Assembly (NCBI GenBank): GCA_046757525.1
Contig: JBHHYI010000018.1
Coordinates: forward strand, 1 to 39,005
Source of the DNA: a bacterium
GTDB lineage: Bacteria > Zhuqueibacterota > Zhuqueibacteria > Oceanimicrobiales > Oceanimicrobiaceae
DNA: 39,005 nt
Direction: 5' to 3'
The notes under the pieces were generated by a model. The model was given only the letters and a program-made list of their open reading frames with translations, searched no databases and was not told where the DNA came from. Shown here one piece after another: positions 17,124-25,500 of this stretch; the first letter of the stretch is position 1, and each line of letters starts with the position of its first letter. Position numbers and translations under genes: made by a program.

Positions 17124-18089
17124 ATGAAACAGCTAATGCGAGCTCTTGTGACGGGTATCGGAGGACCAGCCGGTAAAGCGGTATCAAAGTATTTGGCAAA
17201 AAAAGGCTATTTGGTGGTAGGCGTGGACATGGACCCCCACGCCGAAGCCCCGGTAGATACGAAGTGTCAAGTTGTTCCCTCAAGCCATCCGTTTTACATC
17301 GAACAACTGCTGTCGTTCATCAAGCAGTACGAGGTTTCCCTGCTGGTGCCGACCGTGAGTGAGGAGTTGACCCTGATCGCAAGAAACCGAAATCTATTTG
17401 AGGCTGCCGGAGCAGCCGTTTATGTTAGCTCCCCGATTGCCTCCTGGGTCTGCGACGACAAATTCATCACGGCGGTATATCTTGAAAATTACGGGATTGC
17501 CGTACCCAAATTTGCCCTCAGCCTTTTGCCGGCGGAAACGCAGGGCCTGGTGGATTTTTGTGGCATGCCGGTCATAGCCAAACCCAGAAAAAGTCGAGGA
17601 GGACGGGGCGTAACGGTCTACCGAACAGCATCCCAATTGGAAAGGGAGAAGCGAAAAGACCTGATTTTTCAGGAGTACATTCCAGGCGTAGAATATGATG
17701 TAAATTTATTCATTGATCCACAACCTCCCCATCCCGTTCTGGCAAACGTCGTTTTAGAAAAAAACAAAATGACAAACGGAGCCTGGGGCAACGCTGTTAC
17801 CGTCACCCGGGTAATCGAGCCTAACATCGAGAAACTTGCGCTAAGAGCAGCAAGGTGTCTTGCGCTGGTGGGGCCCCTGGATCTGGATATCCGGCGACGA
17901 CTCGATGGTACGCCGGTGGTTTTGGAGATCAACGGACGCTTCGGCGCAAATGTATTGTCGGCAAAAGAAGTTTTAGAAGCGCTCACGGGCTGTTGGATTC
18001 GGGATACGCGGACGGGAATGGCCAAAGGGGCACCCTCAACCGAAGAGCCCATTTCTTTCAGGCCAGGCAGAGCATCTTTTGCGACCTGA
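17124..18089 (+). CDS. ATP-grasp domain protein (putative amide ligase)
   Basis: RBS GAGGAGG, LVTGIGGPAG, LLVPTVSEEL, CDDK, AKPRKSRGGRG, QEYIPGVEY, LEINGRFG. Confidence 0.88.
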   Translation: MKQLMRALVTGIGGPAGKAVSKYLAKKGYLVVGVDMDPHAEAPVDTKCQVVPSSHPFYIEQLLSFIKQYEVSLLVPTVSEELTLIARNRNLFEAAGAAVYVSSPIASWVCDDKFITAVYLENYGIAVPKFALSLLPAETQGLVDFCGMPVIAKPRKSRGGRGVTVYRTASQLEREKRKDLIFQEYIPGVEYDVNLFIDPQPPHPVLANVVLEKNKMTNGAWGNAVTVTRVIEPNIEKLALRAARCLALVGPLDLDIRRRLDGTPVVLEINGRFGANVLSAKEVLEALTGCWIRDTRTGMAKGAPSTEEPISFRPGRASFAT

Positions 18090-18134
18090 GGCAAAAAATG
18101 AACGCATTTTCGACTTTGAACTGGCGGACCAACC

Positions 18135-20576
18135 ATGACTGATGCCATTGTGAGCGCCTTCTATCTCCTGGGCCTGAGCTGTTTTCTGTTCGGCTTGCAA
18201 ACGCTGTTTTACTTGCCTTTGTCGGGTATCTTTGTTCTAAAGAAGCGCAAAAAAACGATCTACGACCGTTCCAGGGTCTCCGTGGTGGTGCCGGCCTACA
18301 ACGAAGAACGCGTCATTGGCAATTGTGTGGAATCCATCCTGGCGTCCAATTATGACGATTTCGAAGTCATTCTGGTAGACGACGGTTCCACCGATAACAC
18401 CCTAAAAGTCATGCGCGGGTACGAAAAGGATGCCCGCGTGAAGATCATCAGCAAATCGAACGGCGGCAAAGCCGCAGCCCTGAACGCAGGCATTGCCCGG
18501 TCCACCGGCCAGATCCTTTTTTTCATCGATGGCGACACGCTGTTTCAGAAAGACACCATGCGCAATTTGTTGGCCGGGTTTGATTCTGAAAAAGTCGGGG
18601 CCGTCTGCGGGCATGATTCCCCCGTGAACCTGCAGAACTGGCAACTGAAGCTCATCAACATTCAGGCGCATGTTGGCACCGGTTTTGTCAGGCGGGCCCT
18701 GAGCGTCATCAATGCCTTGCCCATCGTGTCCGGAAATATCGGGGCGTTCCGACGGGACGTTCTTGAAGAAATAGGTTACTTCAAAAATGATTTCATTGGC
18801 GAGGACTTAGAGTTAACTTTTCGTGTGCACAAAGCCGGCTACAAAGTGGCGTTTCAACCCCGGGCCCAGGTGTTTGCAGAATCGCCCCACACCATCCAGG
18901 GTCTGTGGAATCAGCGGGTGCGTTGGGCGCGAGGGTTTATTCAAACCCTGAGAATCCACAAAGACATGATTTTTAATCCATCCTATGGCAGTTTCGGGGT
19001 CTACTTAGGCTTCAACGTGTTGAGTATGGTTGTGATTCCCGTCCTGCAATTCCTGGCCGTCCTGCTGCTCCCGGCGCTGTTTGTCCTGGGCAAAAGCCCT
19101 GTCCAGTCCTCCTCGCTGGCCATCATGGGCTGGTTAGGGTTAGGATTTACCGGTTTCATTACGGTTTACAGCATTATTTTGGACAAAGCCTATGGAGACC
19201 TCAAATACGCTTTTGTCATCCCATTTTGGGTTCCCTATTCGCTGCTCATGGATCTGGTGGTGATCCGGGCGATTCATTTAGAACTCACGGGGCGAGAAGC
19301 GCTTTGGAACAAGGCGGTTCGAAGCGGAGTGGTCAGCAAGAAAATCACCGCAACACGCGTGGGCAAGGCGGCTCCAAACTGGCGCACCCCGGTTTTTGCC
19401 GCAAGCGGGCTGCTGGTCACGGCTATCTTTATTGGAGCTTTTTGGGCGCAGGGAAAGATGGATTTACCGTTCCAGCCGTTCGCAGTGAATAGGGCACCCA
19501 CGCGTTCCTCATCGGTTGCAGTCAATCTGGCGGCGACTTCGGCTGTTCATGCCACAGCGATTCACTTCGAACAAAACGAGGCCTGGCGCGATGCCTATCG
19601 CACGCTGTTCAAACACACCGACAGCTCCGTTTTCAATACGATCGGCGTGGGCGCCGGCCGATTAGACTGGAACTATTTTCGCTGGCCAGGTCATGAAAGC
19701 CTGGCAAGTTCTTACGTGAAGAACGGTGCAGAGGACTTGCTGCTTGAAACCAGTGAACGACTCAAAGAGAAAGGTTACCAGGTTATTGCCATCCTGGATC
19801 TTTACGCGCCACGGCTGATATCTGAAGACCCTGGCCTGGCTGCCCGGAATTACCACGGTCTGCAGAGCAAGGAGCAACTTTGCAGTACTGCCTTAACCGA
19901 AGGCAGGATTAGCGACCAACTGGAAAGCATGGTGGATTACTTGACCAGGAATTATCCGATCGACGGCGTGGTACTCACAGAAATTGCTTATCACAGTTAC
20001 TGCTATGACCGCCGCTGCTTTCGGTCCTATTCCCGCAGCACGGGCAATAAGCACTGGCCAAAAACCTGGCTTTGGGGTGGCGTTGACATAGATGCCGAAT
20101 CTGTTGGACGCTGGCGCTCAGCTCAGATGGCCCATCTGGTGGAAAGATTAGCGGCTGCGGCGCACGAAAATGGCAAGGAGCTGTGGGTCGATGCCAACGT
20201 GGACTGGGACGATTTCGCCAACGATGGCCGCTCCTTCGGACTGGACTATTCTCAGTTGCTTCGATTTGCAGATAAGCTGGTGATTTGGGATTATTTCGCT
20301 ATGGAGAATAAGAAGCCGACGGACACCTACAAACTGGCAAAATACCTCAGCAAAAAGTACGATCCGGGAAAGATCGTTTTGTCTCTCGGTCTCTGGACTC
20401 GAAATTCCCAATCCGTCGCCCCAGAAAGTTTGCAGGAAGCCATTCGCTCATCGGCCCAAGGAGGTATTGACAATATCTGGATTACGCCGAGCCACATGTT
20501 TACACCTTCCCACTGGGATTTGTTCAACCATCTGATGGGCCATAAGAGAGTCAAAAACAAGAGAGGCAGTAGCTAA
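18135..20576 (+). CDS. Processive GT2 synthase (PgaC/IcaA-like) fused to a C-terminal glycoside-hydrolase-like TIM barrel
   Basis: VVVPAYNEE, VDDGSTD, NGGKAAALN, IDGD, GED and QRVRW, then TM helices. After a further TM there is an approximately 340-aa domain with YPIDGVVLTE and GLDYSQLLRFADKLVIWDY. Confidence 0.85.
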   Translation: MTDAIVSAFYLLGLSCFLFGLQTLFYLPLSGIFVLKKRKKTIYDRSRVSVVVPAYNEERVIGNCVESILASNYDDFEVILVDDGSTDNTLKVMRGYEKDARVKIISKSNGGKAAALNAGIARSTGQILFFIDGDTLFQKDTMRNLLAGFDSEKVGAVCGHDSPVNLQNWQLKLINIQAHVGTGFVRRALSVINALPIVSGNIGAFRRDVLEEIGYFKNDFIGEDLELTFRVHKAGYKVAFQPRAQVFAESPHTIQGLWNQRVRWARGFIQTLRIHKDMIFNPSYGSFGVYLGFNVLSMVVIPVLQFLAVLLLPALFVLGKSPVQSSSLAIMGWLGLGFTGFITVYSIILDKAYGDLKYAFVIPFWVPYSLLMDLVVIRAIHLELTGREALWNKAVRSGVVSKKITATRVGKAAPNWRTPVFAASGLLVTAIFIGAFWAQGKMDLPFQPFAVNRAPTRSSSVAVNLAATSAVHATAIHFEQNEAWRDAYRTLFKHTDSSVFNTIGVGAGRLDWNYFRWPGHESLASSYVKNGAEDLLLETSERLKEKGYQVIAILDLYAPRLISEDPGLAARNYHGLQSKEQLCSTALTEGRISDQLESMVDYLTRNYPIDGVVLTEIAYHSYCYDRRCFRSYSRSTGNKHWPKTWLWGGVDIDAESVGRWRSAQMAHLVERLAAAAHENGKELWVDANVDWDDFANDGRSFGLDYSQLLRFADKLVIWDYFAMENKKPTDTYKLAKYLSKKYDPGKIVLSLGLWTRNSQSVAPESLQEAIRSSAQGGIDNIWITPSHMFTPSHWDLFNHLMGHKRVKNKRGSS

Positions 20577-20676
20577 CCGGAGACCGTGGAAAGGAGGGTT
20601 GGTAAGGCCGCGCGCATGAACGTCTCCCAGATTGAAAGAAGGTCTGCCACCCTTCCCTTTTAAAGCGACACCACCT

Positions 20677-21492
20677 TCAAAAGCGGATCTGGAAATCCAA
20701 CCCTTCGAAGCCAAAATAATAGACCGGCAAAACAGCAAAAGACCTGGCCTTGCCCCGGGAAGGCACAAAACTTCTGCCCACGATGATACCCAAAGCTGCG
20801 CCAATGATGACATCGGTGGGGAAGTGTTTCTGAGTTTTGACACGCGTAATGCCCACGAAACTGGCCCACAAATAAGCTGGCACACCAAATTTAAGCCCGT
20901 AGCGCTTGTCGAGCACTGAGGCCACGGTGAACATTCCGGAGGTGTGTCCGGAGGGAAAGGACAGGTTGTTTGAACTGTCGGGCCGGGTTCTTTGGAAGGT
21001 TTCCTTGATGACAAAAGTTGCGAACTGCGTGGTGAAAAACGCCTCGGTGAGATACAGACCCGTGTTAGCCAAATGCGGTTTGTTAAAAGCTTTTCCCAAC
21101 AAATAGGTCAAGGCGGAGCTGCCAGCCAAGAAGTAAAAGCTGCCGCTCTTGTTTGGGGCCTCCACATCAAATTCGTTGAAGTCGTCTTCTTTGAGATCGT
21201 CCGTAATAGCACCGTCATGCGGTTTGACGAGAAGCGCAAGACCCGTACCAACGCCGGCGTACAGTAGATTGTATTTGTTGGTGAAAATACGCTTCACGCC
21301 TGCAAGGTATTGATTCAAGGAAGGAGCCAGCAGCCTTTCCTGAGTCTTTGTACTGGAAGAATCGGTTAAGGAGGCACTGCTTGCATGGCCACTGGCATAA
21401 TTGGTTTGACCGATTAAACAGTTAGAATAGCCCCAGCTCCCCACGATCAAAAAGACTACCACACAGAAGAATCTAACTTGAAATGACCTCAT
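20677..21492 (-). CDS. PAP2-family phosphatase
   Basis: K-x4-RTRP, FPSGH and TRVKTQKHFPTD motifs. ATG 21492 gives a signal-peptide-like N-terminus; the ORF opens at 21546. Confidence 0.88.
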   Translation of the reverse strand: MRSFQVRFFCVVVFLIVGSWGYSNCLIGQTNYASGHASSASLTDSSSTKTQERLLAPSLNQYLAGVKRIFTNKYNLLYAGVGTGLALLVKPHDGAITDDLKEDDFNEFDVEAPNKSGSFYFLAGSSALTYLLGKAFNKPHLANTGLYLTEAFFTTQFATFVIKETFQRTRPDSSNNLSFPSGHTSGMFTVASVLDKRYGLKFGVPAYLWASFVGITRVKTQKHFPTDVIIGAALGIIVGRSFVPSRGKARSFAVLPVYYFGFEGLDFQIRF

Positions 21493-22373
21493 CAGAATAC
21501 CGGCGTGCGTTTCCCATTTCGTTTCGACAGATGACTCGACCTCCAAAGTTCATGAGGTTGCGAAACGGCGCCTCATAATACAGAATAATCGTGATTAAAT
21601 CAAGCACTTTCTTGGCTTGTCCAAAAGAGCAGCGCTAAACCACACCTGGCCAAGGATTCTGGGTGCAGCGGCCGCAATCCTTTCAATCTCAACAGAGGGA
21701 TTCGGTAGCCGGTATCGCAGAGCGGTGTTCTGCAACCATTTTCTCCGGCCGCGAGGGTCCCTCGAAACAGGTCAACAGCACTTAGCTTGCAGGCTTGCCC
21801 GTCCCAGTTTCGCCTTCCGTCGCTCTCCTTAAAAAAAATTAATCTACTTAAATGCATTTTAATTAGGCAATTACACCCTATGCGTTTATATTACTGTTGT
21901 GACATTCAAAATGATCGTCTGCGTACCAGCCGGGGCGAAAAGCATTGAAAACTCAGACCAAACTGGTTCGACTCCGCCCAGGATTTGCAGACTCTCCTTC
22001 ATGGTGAGCGGAGTCCAGGCATGAACAAACATCTCGGTGGACTTTTCGTTCGAGCTTCTGGCATTCTATTTTTGCGCTACTGATTTCTGATTTCGAATCT
22101 TACGCCTTCTAAAGCAGAACCTGCAAAACAGTATTAGAACCAGTCTTCAAGAATTTCAGCAACCAAGCAAGCTGAGGAATGGGAGTCTAAAGGGTTGGAT
22201 GGGGATTCCGTAAACATTCCTTGGTTAGGCTCCAGTTAAGCCGTATCTCAAGGATTTTTCAAAATTTCTTTCTTACAGGGGGTAGTGCTATGATTGGTTT
22301 TATCTATTCGCGGGATGGGCCTGAGGGGTTGCCTGCATTGACGCCTTCTCTTAGACTTGACAACAAATGAATT

Positions 22374-22409
22374 GGGCAACTCGAGGGTAGAGTTGTTTAC
22401 GTTTTTTTT
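22374..22409 (+). terminator. Weak terminator-like hairpin in the leader of the 1540-aa protein
   Basis: GGGCAACTC / GAGTTGTTT stem (6 Watson-Crick plus 3 GU pairs) followed by ACG and T8. Confidence 0.3.
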
Positions 22410-22438
22410 CTCAGTCTTTTGCAAAATGTCCGTTCCTC

Positions 22439-22529
22439 TGTCATTTGGAGGGGCATTTGGAGGAGAGATCTCTTGCTTTTGTAGGACTAACAGATTTTTC
22501 GTCCGGAAGCAGCCGTACTCGAAATGACA
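22439..22529. repeat. TGTCATTTCGA-family palindromic MITE/REPIN-like element, copy A
   Basis: Terminal IR TGTCATTTGGAG / CTCGAAATGACA (11/12) and internal IR GAGAGATCT / AGATTTTTC. Confidence 0.7.
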
Positions 22530-22583
22530 ATTGGAATGTTTTGCGAAAGTCTAATTCCTTATCTACGTAAGGAGGAAAATGTC

Positions 22584-25500
22584 ATGAATGAAAAAAACAT
22601 GTTACACAAAACAGGGAGGATTCTGGTTATTGGCCTTGTTATGGTAATCCTGGCGGCCGGTGCCCTGTTTGGGCAGACCGCAACAATTGGCGGGAGTATT
22701 TATACCGGAGCCAACGATGGCACCGGGCCGGTGTTTGCTCCCAATGCTCTTACTCCTGCGATTACCGACGCCACGGTCATGGTGCAGAACCAGCACTCAG
22801 GCGGTGCTTTCATCACCTATGGCACGGTAACCGGCAATACCTGGACTGCTACCGTGCCGGCGCCCGGGGATTATGTGGTGATGTTTTCCGCGCCCGGCCA
22901 TGACCTCACCAGCCGCGAATTCACCGTTAAAGATGGTGACAGCCAGACCAAGGACGCCTATTTACCTGCCTTGCCTTTGCCATTGGCCAATCTGCTGGTT
23001 TTTGCCTTTTGGGACAATATGGTAAACGGGGAGCCCGATGGCGCACCAGAGGATCTCCCTCTCAACGGCGTGACCTGGACGGTTAGTGACGAGGAAGGGA
23101 CTGTGCTGGCGACGGGCGTGACTGGTTCTCAGGCCACCATCACTTTGCCGGATGGTGTCGTAATAACCGATACGCGTGGCTTGTATTATTTCACGGGCCT
23201 GCCTCCGGGCGAAGTGATCGCAACCTCGGATCCCTCGACGATCACCCAGGCCGCCAATCCCGACATTCAGTTTGACAATCCAGATGATGCCACCCGGGAG
23301 TACTATCTAAACTATACCGAAGAGGGCGGACCTGCCTGGGATCCCAAGCTTTACCCCGGCGATCCCGGCACAGAAGCTGGCGGTTTTCTCATTTGGCACA
23401 GCTACGTTGAAAAACTGGGTCAGATCGATGCTTCCAACTTAGCCAAGCGCTTTCCGGCCGGCACCACGCTCGCCGACGCGGGCAGCATCAACGGTTCGCT
23501 TGGGGATGCTGACAAAGCTGGCTTGGATCCGGATGAGCCCTTCCCCATTCCTGGCGAGGATCATCCTGGCGTTTCACTCAACGATATGGTGCCCGACGGC
23601 CTGGTCATTCTCTTCACCGACAATGAAACGGTGCCGACGCATCCAGTGGCCACCGTCGAGGCCGATCCGGTCACCGGAGATTTCACCTTTAATAACGTCC
23701 CCCCGGGCAACTACAAGATGATGCAGTTCGACATTCCCCTCGATTATGTTTGGACCCAAAGCCAGGTGAGGATAGGGCCGAATGAGAACGTCGTGTTTCC
23801 GCTCAATTCAATTCTTGTGCCGCGCTTCTTTGCCCGCGGACAGGGCTTCGTCTACGATAACTCGACAACGCCCCCCACGCCCATCGCTGGCGCGTCGGTG
23901 CACATCCGGTTTAAGAGCGGCAGTATCCAGCGAACAGAGGTTACCGATGCCAACGGCTGGTATAATTTCGATGATTTACCCGAGATCGAGGTCATAGGAT
24001 TTGTGGATGTGGATTTGCCGGCTGGATACCGCGGTACGATCCGAACGGAAACATTCTTTCCGGGAGGTAAAGACCCAACGCATCCTAATTACACTCTCAA
24101 GCCACCAATCGATGTAACGTTTAATGCCATGAACCGGTATATTCAGTGGTTAACAGCGAACTACGAGGCGGACCTGTATCTGGAGCCCATTCCCGCGACG
24201 AAGGGCCACATCGGCGGCTTCGTGTTTAATGACAACTTTGAGCAAGGCACCTGGGTTGGCGACGGGGTTTACGATCCGGAGGAAGAAAGAACCTGGCCCG
24301 GCGTCACCGTTGAACTTTACGATGCCAGTGGAACAACGTTGCTGGCGACGACCACCACAGGCGCTTTCGATGAGGCCGCGACCCTGGCCCAGGGATGGTT
24401 TAAGCCCGCCACCTGGCCGCCAGATGAGCTTGGTGGGGTTTTCGTAGGTCCTTTGCCTGGCTACTATGAATTCAGAGATGTGGATGCGGGAACCTATGTG
24501 GTTCGAGTGACGCCGCCAGCCGGTTTTGTGGCGACCACAGGCGCAACTACTCTCGGAGAAGAAACCGTGACAGTAACAGGCGTCGAGCCGACAGTTCCTG
24601 CTAACGGTGACCTTCATGAGGTCAATTTCGGTGTGAACACCACGCCGTCCGGCCGCATCCCGAACGTCGATCCGGGCGTACCTCTGGCAGGTGAGATTGA
24701 AGGCGGGGTCTTCGATGATGTCAATATCGATCCCCGGGGCGGTTCCCTGACTGCGGATCCCAACGACTTGCAGAGCTTGCTATTCGCCGAGAAGGCAGGT
24801 GTGGACCATGCTCCGGTTGGTGCCTACGATCACCTCGGCTACTTGCTGGGCGTTGGCGTTATGGGCAATCCTTTATGCTACCCTGATGCGCCTGACATTC
24901 CCGGACAACCGGGCGTTAGCCAGTGTCCGGAATGTGATTTGCTGTTTGATCCCGTTCAGAAGCCGGAGATGGAGAGACGGTTCGCTCCAGGGGTTCACAT
25001 CTACGTGGGCAACGATCCCAGTTTCCTGCGCGGTGAGGATCTCAACTGCAACGGCATCCTCGATGCGGGCGAGGATTTGGACAACGATGGCATCCTCGAC
25101 GTGGGCTATTGGCCCGATCATCCCGATTGGGGCTTTAACCCGAACTTATTACCCCTTACCTTGCCTTACACGTTTGGTCAAGGTAAATTCAAGTTCGAGG
25201 CGGATTGGTCCCTGGTACCTGTTGCGGCCGTAGGGTTGGGCCCGTTGGCAGGCAATGCTCAGATATTGCCCAATAACAGGCCGGTCATCAATAACCCTGG
25301 TGGCGGCAATGGGCCTGTGGCGGTTCTGCGAGTTGGGGATATCTTCAGAATTCAAGGCCACGATTTCGGCGATCAGCAGGGCTACTCTACGGTAACTCTG
25401 GCCGGATCCCAACAGCGGATCATGAGCTGGACCGACACCTACATCGATATTCAGATCGCACAAGATGCGCTGAGCGGGGCCATCGTGGTGGCGACTTCCA

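Noticed and set aside
21929..21982. tRNA/tmRNA-like fragment containing GGTTCGACTCC
   Set aside because: The T-loop flanks (ACTGG / CCGCC) pair at only 2 of 5 positions, and there is no D-arm, anticodon arm or CCA end.
22059..22075. Sigma54 promoter TGGCATTCTATTTTTGC
   Set aside because: The GG-to-GC spacing is 12 nt, not the required 10.
22274..22362. yybP-ykoY (Mn) riboswitch suggested by CAGGGGGTAG...AGACTTG
   Set aside because: It lacks the GGAGUA internal loop and the conserved L3 motif; an Rfam scan would be needed to revive it.
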